Positions 28,473 to 38,334 of a DNA stretch of 64,000 nucleotides are shown in pieces. The DNA comes from a virus (lineage: Duplodnaviria > Caudoviricetes). Both the position numbers and the translations under genes were made by a program. The DNA is taken from the IMG/VR virus record IMGVR_UViG_3300037501_000255; one strand, written 5' to 3'. Below the pieces are notes generated by a model. It searched no databases, was not told where the DNA came from, and saw only the letters and a list, made by a program, of their open reading frames with translations. How positions within the stretch are numbered: the stretch's first letter is position 1; the number at the start of each line of letters is the position of its first letter.

Positions 28473-28954
28473 CTATTCTTGACAGTTGCTTGGTGTTGAT
28501 GTTCGCTGAGCTTCATAGCTGGTTTCTGCTTCTTTTGGACCTTTTGTTTTTTATTATTCGATCCAAGCAGTGAGGCCAGGCCTGCGATAGTTACGCATGC
28601 AATGGCTAGGCGTGCAATGCTTTCCGTGGCTGGGGTACTATCACTATCCTCTCTGGGCGACAGGTCGTCTTCTGACATATCTAGGACGGAGTAAAGCATA
28701 ACCTCGGCGCCCGCGCGGCGGGCCTCTTCTATGAATTCCTGCTGCAAATGCAACGTATATTCGTCTGTATATAGCTCTCTTGGATCCCACATTGCAATGA
28801 TGAACTTGGAGATTTCCTCTCCGAATGCGCCAGCATGTACATCCAATTTTACTGAACGAATGCCTCCGACCATATAGCCGTTATAGTGCACACTCGTCTT
28901 GCCCATAGAAGCATCTAGCGCCATTTTAATCTCGATATTATTGCCCAGCTTCAT
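28469..28954 (-). CDS. Hypothetical protein with C-terminal membrane anchor (family member 5, detached from the array)
   Basis: IARLAIACVTIAGLASLLG followed by NNKKQKVQKKQK. Shares DPRELYxxEY with member 3. Confidence 0.7.
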   Translation of the reverse strand: MKLGNNIEIKMALDASMGKTSVHYNGYMVGGIRSVKLDVHAGAFGEEISKFIIAMWDPRELYTDEYTLHLQQEFIEEARRAGAEVMLYSVLDMSEDDLSPREDSDSTPATESIARLAIACVTIAGLASLLGSNNKKQKVQKKQKPAMKLSEHQHQATVKNR

Positions 28955-28965
28955 TCTTTACCTCA

Positions 28966-31734
28966 TTATATCAAAAGATCTGCAATTTGAGATGAGGTTA
29001 CTTTGGTTACCGCGTCTTTAAATCCGGCTTTCTTAAGACTTACGGAAATAACTATTCTTGTGCGCAACTGCGGGAGAGCACTGCTCTCTTTTATATTCTT
29101 GCAGTGTAGACGCAATAGCCCAGTTGAGTGGTCAATGTAAGTACCAATGATCTCATCTGATATAAAATACCCGTCGTTATAGTCGTAGCCATCTAGATCC
29201 TTAGAGAAAGAGCTTATGGCAACTTCAAATCTAACTTGATTATCTGCAATGGCAGATGAGGCCACATAAGTGCCATCAGAGAAACGCATCTTACCCAAGA
29301 CAAGTGACGAGAATATATTGATCTCGCCAACAGTATCACCTGTCGGCAATTCCAATTCGATAATGTTCTTTTCAAAATCCAGAGTATGCACGGAGCCATC
29401 AAGATGCTTAATATCTCCAGTCAGATACACATCTCCTGGTATAAATGCACTGTTTAGGCCGCCATTCTCAGGGGAGCTCTGCAAGTCTGAGAGATCGAAA
29501 TCTATAAATGTCGTCGTGACAAATCTACGCAGATCAAGCACTTCGATACTATCACAATCCCATGTTGGCACGAAGTTTATTTGGAACGTTATAGGCGAGA
29601 ATGATGTGTTGTTTACAAGAGTTGTGTCCTCGCTATGGATTGCTAGTGTCGACTCTGCTGTTGTTGTCAGTTTTGAAAATTGATTAAATAGCGGCTCAAC
29701 CGTCAGTCTAACGCGCGTAAACGATGAGCCAGCAGTGAAGCCTGTGCCATTATTAAGGTATTGCGTTAGCTCATACCCATCATCGGCGGCCGTGACGTAA
29801 CCATCGCCCGACACATCAGCGCGCAGCAGCTCAGCTACGCTTACGGCCCCATTTAGCACAGCCTGTAGTTGAGTTGATGGCGAGACCGTGCCCTGATTAA
29901 GATTGGGGGCATACCCATCCAACTCAACCAGACGAGCCGCATCTTCTAAGCTGATTACGCCGTCGCCATCCAGATCACCGTAAATATCAGTGAGGATTTC
30001 CTGCTTTATTATCCTATATTTCTTAGTTGGTTGCAATGTGTTTGGGATAATGGTTGACCCAACCACGTTTTGAACCAACAAGTCTGATCCCGGATTGATG
30101 ATATCAAGCGTGTTGTTGATCGCCAAAGCCGGGTAGAGCAGACTTCCAGATATTTGTGGATTGTTTTTCGGATTTCTGTCGCGCATTCTACCTAAAAGTA
30201 GTGGCTTGAGTCCGGAATCTAGGAGATCGCTTACACTGTCTTGCTCGAGTGCGGATATTAGGGCTACATCCGTTTGGCGGGATGCCTGGCTGTCGCCCGT
30301 CTTTGGATGTGCTATTATGTCAGAATATTCTTCTGTATTCTGAAGAATGATATAATTCTCCGCATCTTCGGAAGTATTAACTAGCGGTATGTTATCTGCA
30401 AACCGCTGTACCGTTACCGCGTTATTGTCTAGCTCGGTTTTTGGTTCAGCGATTCGAATGCCGGCATCATATGCAATACCGCTGGCGGCAAAGGCCCCGG
30501 CCGTCCATACCTGGAACCACATTGACTTGTCTGCTACATCCGTCCAAACTCCGGTATCAAATACGCTAAGGCGCAGGTCTGCGTTAGAATTGCGCGCTTC
30601 TGGAGTAACAAGCGTGCCAGTCGCAGTAGATCCTAGACGACGTATCGTGATGGCGTAGAATTGCCCGTCTACCAGCCCACTAAGAGTGGGATTGCCTAGT
30701 TTTGTACCTGAAAATACAACGTCAATTATCTTATAATTTGTATCTAGTACAATCCCTTGATTAAGCAGATCATTCTGAGTTAGTGTAATTGTCTCTATTG
30801 AGTTTACATCTGGATCGAATGCTATCTCCGTGTCTGGCAGATAATCCGTCGAAACCGAAGCTGTATCAAGAAGTGGTCTGAGGCCAACCTCTAGCGAGCC
30901 GCTCCATGATGTGCCGGAAGATAGTGCAAATGCTAGCGATATTTTCTGTATGTTATTGCCGCGCATCTTGAACTTCTGCGCGAGCATAAACGCAGTGTCG
31001 GCACCTTGGGTAAATTCGCGTGTAGTCGCCGTTGTAGTGTTAACGTTAAGATCGTCTATATCATTCGCTGGCCCCAGTGCCGCCACGAGTTCCTCATGAA
31101 GGCTCTTGGCTACTTCGGATGTTTTAAAGTATGCAAGGCGTAGATCGGGTTCTGCTATCTGCTCGGCTGCGATACATCCGCGATCAAGTCGAAATGATGA
31201 GGCCTCGGTAAGAATGAGTCTTCCGCCTACATCAAAACACCCATAGCCATCAATAGATGTATTTTGATTTCCACGTAAATTTTGTGTTAGAATATTCGTA
31301 ACTTCAATAAAGTGATTTCTAGTTATCTTGGACACGTTGTCATTTAATTCAACCATCTCATAAATCAAGCTGTTGTCGAAAGTTTTGCCTAATATTAGAA
31401 CTGATGTTTTCAGGATGCCATCAACTCTTGCATCTGACAGGGTCACGGCCAATTGATTGCCCCCAACCCTGTCTGTGCACAGATACGGCGAGCTTAGCAA
31501 GCCCTGTCCGTCAAACGTATTAAGTGCCTCAAGCCCTTGCTGAAATGCGTCGAGTGAATCACTGTCAAAAATGACGGGCTCTTCCGGAAAGTCAAGCTGA
31601 ATTCCGCTTCCGGCGACGGTGCTGGCGAGGGCTGCGGTGTTTTTGAGGTGAAATTCCTGCTCAGTTTGCAGGTCATCCTTGCTTACCTGCATAAAATCGA
31701 AGAAATTGTTACGTTTTAGTAATTCAATAGTCAT
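28966..31734 (-). CDS. Putative virion/baseplate-associated protein with a dockerin-like Ca-binding pair
   Basis: Last gene of the tail operon. Contains YGDLDGDGVISLEDA and ADVSGDGYVTAAD...LTQYL, and 6 DGY motifs. Confidence 0.65.
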   Translation of the reverse strand: MTIELLKRNNFFDFMQVSKDDLQTEQEFHLKNTAALASTVAGSGIQLDFPEEPVIFDSDSLDAFQQGLEALNTFDGQGLLSSPYLCTDRVGGNQLAVTLSDARVDGILKTSVLILGKTFDNSLIYEMVELNDNVSKITRNHFIEVTNILTQNLRGNQNTSIDGYGCFDVGGRLILTEASSFRLDRGCIAAEQIAEPDLRLAYFKTSEVAKSLHEELVAALGPANDIDDLNVNTTTATTREFTQGADTAFMLAQKFKMRGNNIQKISLAFALSSGTSWSGSLEVGLRPLLDTASVSTDYLPDTEIAFDPDVNSIETITLTQNDLLNQGIVLDTNYKIIDVVFSGTKLGNPTLSGLVDGQFYAITIRRLGSTATGTLVTPEARNSNADLRLSVFDTGVWTDVADKSMWFQVWTAGAFAASGIAYDAGIRIAEPKTELDNNAVTVQRFADNIPLVNTSEDAENYIILQNTEEYSDIIAHPKTGDSQASRQTDVALISALEQDSVSDLLDSGLKPLLLGRMRDRNPKNNPQISGSLLYPALAINNTLDIINPGSDLLVQNVVGSTIIPNTLQPTKKYRIIKQEILTDIYGDLDGDGVISLEDAARLVELDGYAPNLNQGTVSPSTQLQAVLNGAVSVAELLRADVSGDGYVTAADDGYELTQYLNNGTGFTAGSSFTRVRLTVEPLFNQFSKLTTTAESTLAIHSEDTTLVNNTSFSPITFQINFVPTWDCDSIEVLDLRRFVTTTFIDFDLSDLQSSPENGGLNSAFIPGDVYLTGDIKHLDGSVHTLDFEKNIIELELPTGDTVGEINIFSSLVLGKMRFSDGTYVASSAIADNQVRFEVAISSFSKDLDGYDYNDGYFISDEIIGTYIDHSTGLLRLHCKNIKESSALPQLRTRIVISVSLKKAGFKDAVTKVTSSQIADLLI

Positions 31735-31743
31735 AATCCCTCT

Positions 31744-34700
31744 TTACTCCACAAAATTAACATATGCCCGTGTATGTGCCGGCTTAATTCTACCAATTAG
31801 ACTCTCGATGAGGGTCATGGCAATGGCATTATTCATAATTACATCAAATGAGTCTACAACGTTAACATCAAAGCTGGACAGGTGCGTGCTGCGAGACAGC
31901 AGGTTTGATAGGAATTCCGTTTCAACAACATTCTTATCAAAATCATATATAGCTGTAGTTAATGTATCTTCTATTACAGGCGATGCCGCTTCAAGATTCG
32001 ACTGATAGTTAAGATCTAGACTCTGCCCCGCTACTACAGATGGTTGACGATCACGCAAGGAGAATCTAACATTATCCATTCTAGCCATTGCATTACCGGT
32101 ACCCTCATAAGAGTTGCCTAGCGTAATATTTGCAAGAGTATCTTTAATATCTATATTTGTAGTCATGAAGTTTGAGTCAATTACGCCACTTGATCCGTAA
32201 GTGACTCCGATACCGTAGTTGAGGCCGGGCGAACCCCAGGTGATGACACCGCCCTCTACCCCGTCTACCCATAGACGCATACGATCCTTATTATCCTGAT
32301 TATTTACATTGTACGTAGCCATTACGCGGTGCCACGTATTTCTAGCCCAACCTATAGGATAGGATATAAGGCTGGTTGATACCGATGAGCGTATTTCGAA
32401 ATTAAGGTACCCGTACCCATCCTTGTATATAGATATACGATCGCCAAGAGCATCTATTGGTGTGTATGCTACACTGACCAACGTATTCTGGGTTGGAAGC
32501 GCCTGTTTGAGCGTGATCGTTTTGCCGTCCAAGCCTAGTTTACTGTCTTGAGCATAATCTACGCCTGAACCGGTGTCGGTTACAAGACGAATGCTGTTAA
32601 TGCTTCGGGCACGATTAATCAACTTGATGGTGTTCCTGGTGATTGAAGTCACCTGTACGGACTGCATGGATGTAATATCCACATAGTATCGTGTGTTTTC
32701 CATATCATCATATACGTCAATTGCTGGGCTTATCCAGAATTCTATTGTGCCAGCATCCTGACGTATTATACCATCATCATTAGAGAATATTACAGGCTTT
32801 TCACCAGTCAGAACAATGCAGTCTCCAAATGATGCATTGACACTGCGACTATTGGTTAAATATTTTCGATTATATGTCTTATATGTATCAGATGAATTCA
32901 ATTGGTTATCATCGAATTGTAATAGAAGTAGCGTTTGAGGTGTTGGGGCGGCCGGTGTGGGCTCCAGATAATATCTTGTTATCGACTTCTCATCGGCAGG
33001 GGGCTCCTCGCCCGCGCGCACGTCCATAAGCATTTCATTTAACATGTGCACTTCATCTATAGTGCCGTTAAGTGCATTATTACCATTTATATCTGTACCT
33101 ATACACAGCTTTCCTTTAGAATCCAACTCTATTGTTAGTGGAGTAGGGTATTCTATCAAATAGAATGTTGGCTCAAGATTGAATGGCAGACCGCCGCTAC
33201 CAAAAATGAGCAGGCGGAAGTTTCCGTTATAGTAACTCAGTATTTGAGCATAGTCTCCATTATTTTCTGAGCGTGTAAGCGATACATCTTCAACGATCTC
33301 CACAGCGCCCAGGGATTCGTACCCATCAAAACCATTAAATGTAAACGCTATAGTGCTGATGGATGTGAAGTAATTTGTTGTTACAAAATTTCCATATCCA
33401 GTAAATGTTACAGTTTCAGCTAATGGTCCAAAACCAAAAACAGTGCCCGTAATTACCGCCTGATTAATGGAGCTGAAGTTTATGTTGTTTGTGCCATGTA
33501 GAGTCAAGCGCAGACGTTTTCCGGCTACAGTATTAGATGGCTGCGGTACAGAGGCGAATGTGCCTGTAATTGTCGTCCCCGATTGGACAAAGTATCCATC
33601 AGTTATATAACCATCAGAATTATCTTCTATAGAAATGCGATCAAATATATATTTGTATATATCAACGTTCAAAAGCGACTGTGGCGGAATAAAGTTTGTT
33701 TTTAATCGATTATCTGATGTATATTTATATATCTTATCTCTGATGCGACCACGCGTCAATCCCAATGTATTGACGAAAACACGATCACCTACCGATACGC
33801 CTGAATTAATTTTGAGAATATTGGAGCCTGCTGTACGAGATACTGTGTATTGCGGATTGGTCGCGCCTAGGCCACGTAACTCTATTGGCTCACCGCCCGC
33901 AGACTGTGTATATACAGCGAATGGCTCGAGATCAATATCCGCTGTCACTGAGAGAGAGAGCTGATTTGCTGTCCAATTCACATTAGATAATGAAAGTGTA
34001 AGTGGAGAGGCTAGAGTTACCTGCGTCTGACTCAATATACTGGTGATTGTGTGTGGGCTCGCCGCGCCATCGCTGGTCGGGTCTAGAATGACAAGCTGAT
34101 CTCCGATATTAATACCGTTCGTGATAAACGCTGCCGAAGAAGACGTAAATATGTTTGACGCTGCGACAGTTACGCCGTCGGCGCCGCCAATTGTATTTTG
34201 CGTGGCAGAGCTTAATATTTCTTCTGTCGCATTTGTACGATAGAGATCAGTGCCTAGGATTGGTGCAGGTTTACCACCGAACTTCCAATTGTTTGCTACT
34301 TCTTGACCATCAATAAATAGATGCATCTCGTCAATGCTATCTGCCGAATTAAATCTCCAAGAGAGTGCAACCTGATGATCTTCTCCTGCTAGCCAACTCT
34401 GAATATTCGCAGAAATGGCATATGCTCGTGGGCGGGCCGGTCGTGTGCGCCCATTTTTATCAAAAACTCTGCCGACAATATAACCTGAACCATCTTTAAA
34501 TAGAGAAATTCTATTATGAGTGGTACTTAGGCCTGTATCAAAAATGTAGTGTATGTTGTCAGATGAAAGGTCTATACCGTCAGACAATAGATATCCGTCT
34601 ACACCATCATATCCGTCGATAGTTGTGGAGAATTTTATATAGTTATCTGTAGTATAGAAAGCGTCAGACACCTCATTGATAAATAGGTTGCTGTCATATC

Positions 34701-37700
34701 CATCAGTTATATTGTAGAATTGGCCTGTTGTTGTGATTTCTGTAGTAAAGTCTACACCGTCACTCGCCCAAGCCTGCCAGCGCATCTTCCAACGATTTTC
34801 TATATCATCATACCATATAAAATATCCCTTATCAGTACTTATATTATATGGCCTTCCAATTGGACTATTGGGGTATGGGTCAAAACGTGATACTGTAAAC
34901 GGCATTCCTAATGGATTGAATGCTGTTTCACCTATAAAGATGTCTCCTAATGACAGCGAGTAGCCGTCATTAAGACCATAATTGTAGAACCAATTCATCC
35001 CATCATATCCGTCGTAGCCGTCGCCTATCGCATAACCATCTTGTGTTATATGGAAGGTGAGTGAGGCGTCGTTGTCTAGACCCCGCCAGTCTGGCGCCAG
35101 AGTTGTAATAAATGTGCCTTCACGGTGTGAGACGTATGCTTCTGCCGGGTATTCTATCAAATCCCCATCGGCTATATGCGCACCGATATTGCGGCCTGCA
35201 GGACGGTATTCTACACTCCCGCCAGTGCGCGGTGGGGCGAGGTATAGGTTGTCACGATCGGCAGTCCATTCGTTGAAATCCAGCTCGCGTATAACCGGGT
35301 CAACCTTAGTAATGCTTGATACCATCTTTGTGATAGCAGCGTTCGTCGGGCCCGTTAGGAATGCCTGAAGGGCGCCGATTACGGCACTGCGATACATCTC
35401 TCGGTCAAAGCTAAGATCGAATGTGGTGAGTTCCGGAATTTGTGTGAGGCTACCAAAGTTAGCCAATAGCGCTTGGCGTAATGCACCATAACGATATGTG
35501 ACGTAGTACTCGTCACCATATGACAGGGTGTCACTTATGCTAAAATCTAGTTCATTATCTCCATATTCATAGCTAACAATTAAACTGTCATAGACATAAT
35601 CATAGTTAAAGAATAGATTTCCAACATCGTAATCTATTAACAATGCATCCCCCGCCGTGAGTGTTGCCACAAGCGGATTTCGCATTGTAATCGTGTTGCC
35701 ACTAAATGTGTCGACTGACGGGTCATAGTAATTTACCAGCTGATGTGCCGGGAGTGTCTGTAATTCGTTTATAGAATAAATACCATTGATGCTACGTATG
35801 TCAAAATTAGTTGCTGCCGTATATCCATCAGAAAAATCAATATCGAATAGTGACCATTGTACTGATTTATCACTATCGGTAAATGGAAGATCTACTACAA
35901 CTGTGTTGGTGGACAGGACTGCTGTGATTTGTCTATCGAAATCATCTGGAAATCTAATGTAGTGATACCCGTCCGCATGCGAGTTGGAGAATGCGGCGTC
36001 CAGAGCCACAAATGTTGTCGATCCAACAGTTCTCTGCCCCTCAACTCCATGCTGTTTCAGACCCAGTATGCTCAACTTATTTGTATTATTTGATAGGAAT
36101 CTTTCTCCAGCTGGAAGAAGCGAGTTAACATCTACATAATCTGATGTATTTGAAAAATTTGCAATGTCATATATTGATTCTGTTACGTTGGTTAGTTTGT
36201 ATGAGACGCTATTGACACCAGATATCCGTGGGCGCTGCGTGTAGTGGCGCGCGTGGGCGTAGTTAATCTCTCCAAATAGTTCATTATCGACATCTGTACG
36301 TAGATATACTGAGCCAGATTCATAATCTATTAAATAGTATCCATCTGAACTTAGCTTTAGCAAGTTTGCTGATAATGTTTGAAGTGCACCATCGTAGAAA
36401 AATTCAGATTGGAATATATCTGTGTTTGTAAAAGAGACTGATGAGTTTACCGGCGAACCTATGTACTTTCCAGTGGCAGAGACAATTTTTGAATTTTTGA
36501 GTTCGAACTTAACTATTTTACTAGTTAATGAAGTCGATACGACTTCGGATACAATTAGATTCTCACCAACAACCCTCTCAAAATCAGCAAATTCATTCTC
36601 GACTGTTTGAATTCTAGGCAGTTGTGAGCCGGATATCTGAATCATATAATCATTGAATCTATTAATCAGATATCTCTCACCAGTAGTTTCGTTGTATACA
36701 CGAAACGCATTTGTTATTGGATAATGCTTTGTGATGATCTTATTTGCAGATAGTAGTCTGTTTTCTACCAGCTCATCTATAACTTCCTTATGTACTAGAG
36801 CTAGATAATCTGTGCCCTCGGCTAGGACAAACTCGTAGTCGAATGTAATTTTTGTATTAGTCAGTCCAATTAGATTTCGCAGTGAAATCGCAGCTAGTTC
36901 ATCGGTATCGGGCTCGAATGTATAGTCTATTCCGCTAATGAAATATTTTCGATACGTATAATTTGCTACCGGCGGCACTCCGCCTGTACCATTATTTGTT
37001 GTAGCGCCATATACGAAGACCTGACCGGTTTCGTAATTAATGCTGTATTCGCCAGGAGCTGATGGGAGGCGAGCCTGATCATAAGCTATTTCTTTATTGA
37101 ACGCTGGGTGAGTTGTGGTGTAAGGAATGCCCGATGGTGGATTTGGATCTAGAAATACCACTCCAGCACTGGTTGCGACCACATCTGAGCTGGTTACAAT
37201 TGGGGCATAATTTAGGAAAAATGTATTCTGAAGAGCTCCTATCGGTTCACGCACTACGCTATTTAATTGTGTAACTGAAACTGTATCTGAATTAACATTA
37301 ACGCCATTATGTATGTATGAATATGATACGACCAGCGTGTCTGTGGGCTGTGGTTCTGGAAAATATCCATCTAGTATTGCTGCTTCAGATAACTTAAATT
37401 GTCTATTTGACAATGTTTGTAGCGACGTGGCATATTGAGTATCATATCTATTGTTCAATACTGAGTACTTATATCTAGGAATATCATATATGTACTCATT
37501 GAAATTAGAATCAATGAGTTTTATAGCATGTATTTGCGCTATATTTGACTTTGATAGTGTTATTATAGTATTTTCGAATGAGTTTGATACAGTTTCAGTG
37601 TTGGAAACGTTTTCCTCTTCAATATATACTGACCTAAGTGAGATCGGATCTGGCGGAAAGGACGATATGACGGGGTTCGCCTTGTAATAATCATCGCCAA

Positions 37701-38331
37701 GGAGATTTTGGGCAACACTGGGATCGAATAGTATTGATTTTGTAACCTCTGTGCCCTCGGGAGTTGTTGCTACGCGCAAGACCTCGAAAGCACCTTCGTT
37801 ATTGAGGCGATCTGTCGCCGAATAGCCGCGTTTTTTGATTTCATTGTCTACTTGAACAGATAGGTAGTTTGCATTTCCAGTTTCAAAAATATCGTGGCGT
37901 GCTAGCGACAGCTGTTCGGCCATATTTGCAATATGGTTTCTTACCGGAGTGGGCGATTCGACATCATAAACATCGGGCATATCATCTAGCATTTGCGTGC
38001 GGAGAGCATTCTCATCCTCAATGCCGATAAAAATGTATTTATTACTATCACCATCTTCCTGTAGTATGTCATTATTTATACTTGTGAATGGCTGAGATGG
38101 CGTGGACTTAAATACTGCAGAATACAATACTAATGGAAATTGCGGAGAAGTGTTTACTGTCAAAACATCGCCAGATACCTCCACTGACTTAACCGTGAGG
38201 GCCGGGATGTTGGCAATATTGGATTCAATCGCAACATTTGCGATGCCTATGGCGCTACTGAGATCATCTGAAAACTGTGCCTGTATTTGTGTAGATGATC
38301 TGTTTAAAAATCTGCGTATTCTAAGGGTCAT
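31744..38331 (-). CDS. Giant baseplate wedge protein (gpI/gp7-like) with LamG/ConA-like domains
   Basis: Follows baseplate J. Wedge-like ALQAFLTGPT..AI and C-terminal IKPAHT. LamG-like GTIEFWI...WHRVMATY...LWVDG. 15 DGY motifs. Confidence 0.75.
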   Translation of the reverse strand: MTLRIRRFLNRSSTQIQAQFSDDLSSAIGIANVAIESNIANIPALTVKSVEVSGDVLTVNTSPQFPLVLYSAVFKSTPSQPFTSINNDILQEDGDSNKYIFIGIEDENALRTQMLDDMPDVYDVESPTPVRNHIANMAEQLSLARHDIFETGNANYLSVQVDNEIKKRGYSATDRLNNEGAFEVLRVATTPEGTEVTKSILFDPSVAQNLLGDDYYKANPVISSFPPDPISLRSVYIEEENVSNTETVSNSFENTIITLSKSNIAQIHAIKLIDSNFNEYIYDIPRYKYSVLNNRYDTQYATSLQTLSNRQFKLSEAAILDGYFPEPQPTDTLVVSYSYIHNGVNVNSDTVSVTQLNSVVREPIGALQNTFFLNYAPIVTSSDVVATSAGVVFLDPNPPSGIPYTTTHPAFNKEIAYDQARLPSAPGEYSINYETGQVFVYGATTNNGTGGVPPVANYTYRKYFISGIDYTFEPDTDELAAISLRNLIGLTNTKITFDYEFVLAEGTDYLALVHKEVIDELVENRLLSANKIITKHYPITNAFRVYNETTGERYLINRFNDYMIQISGSQLPRIQTVENEFADFERVVGENLIVSEVVSTSLTSKIVKFELKNSKIVSATGKYIGSPVNSSVSFTNTDIFQSEFFYDGALQTLSANLLKLSSDGYYLIDYESGSVYLRTDVDNELFGEINYAHARHYTQRPRISGVNSVSYKLTNVTESIYDIANFSNTSDYVDVNSLLPAGERFLSNNTNKLSILGLKQHGVEGQRTVGSTTFVALDAAFSNSHADGYHYIRFPDDFDRQITAVLSTNTVVVDLPFTDSDKSVQWSLFDIDFSDGYTAATNFDIRSINGIYSINELQTLPAHQLVNYYDPSVDTFSGNTITMRNPLVATLTAGDALLIDYDVGNLFFNYDYVYDSLIVSYEYGDNELDFSISDTLSYGDEYYVTYRYGALRQALLANFGSLTQIPELTTFDLSFDREMYRSAVIGALQAFLTGPTNAAITKMVSSITKVDPVIRELDFNEWTADRDNLYLAPPRTGGSVEYRPAGRNIGAHIADGDLIEYPAEAYVSHREGTFITTLAPDWRGLDNDASLTFHITQDGYAIGDGYDGYDGMNWFYNYGLNDGYSLSLGDIFIGETAFNPLGMPFTVSRFDPYPNSPIGRPYNISTDKGYFIWYDDIENRWKMRWQAWASDGVDFTTEITTTGQFYNITDGYDSNLFINEVSDAFYTTDNYIKFSTTIDGYDGVDGYLLSDGIDLSSDNIHYIFDTGLSTTHNRISLFKDGSGYIVGRVFDKNGRTRPARPRAYAISANIQSWLAGEDHQVALSWRFNSADSIDEMHLFIDGQEVANNWKFGGKPAPILGTDLYRTNATEEILSSATQNTIGGADGVTVAASNIFTSSSAAFITNGINIGDQLVILDPTSDGAASPHTITSILSQTQVTLASPLTLSLSNVNWTANQLSLSVTADIDLEPFAVYTQSAGGEPIELRGLGATNPQYTVSRTAGSNILKINSGVSVGDRVFVNTLGLTRGRIRDKIYKYTSDNRLKTNFIPPQSLLNVDIYKYIFDRISIEDNSDGYITDGYFVQSGTTITGTFASVPQPSNTVAGKRLRLTLHGTNNINFSSINQAVITGTVFGFGPLAETVTFTGYGNFVTTNYFTSISTIAFTFNGFDGYESLGAVEIVEDVSLTRSENNGDYAQILSYYNGNFRLLIFGSGGLPFNLEPTFYLIEYPTPLTIELDSKGKLCIGTDINGNNALNGTIDEVHMLNEMLMDVRAGEEPPADEKSITRYYLEPTPAAPTPQTLLLLQFDDNQLNSSDTYKTYNRKYLTNSRSVNASFGDCIVLTGEKPVIFSNDDGIIRQDAGTIEFWISPAIDVYDDMENTRYYVDITSMQSVQVTSITRNTIKLINRARSINSIRLVTDTGSGVDYAQDSKLGLDGKTITLKQALPTQNTLVSVAYTPIDALGDRISIYKDGYGYLNFEIRSSVSTSLISYPIGWARNTWHRVMATYNVNNQDNKDRMRLWVDGVEGGVITWGSPGLNYGIGVTYGSSGVIDSNFMTTNIDIKDTLANITLGNSYEGTGNAMARMDNVRFSLRDRQPSVVAGQSLDLNYQSNLEAASPVIEDTLTTAIYDFDKNVVETEFLSNLLSRSTHLSSFDVNVVDSFDVIMNNAIAMTLIESLIGRIKPAHTRAYVNFVE

Positions 38332-38334
38332 TTA

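Noticed and set aside
34998-35043. DGY cluster as a DNA tandem repeat or slippage locus
   Set aside because: The synonymous codons differ between copies, so it is not a nucleotide repeat.
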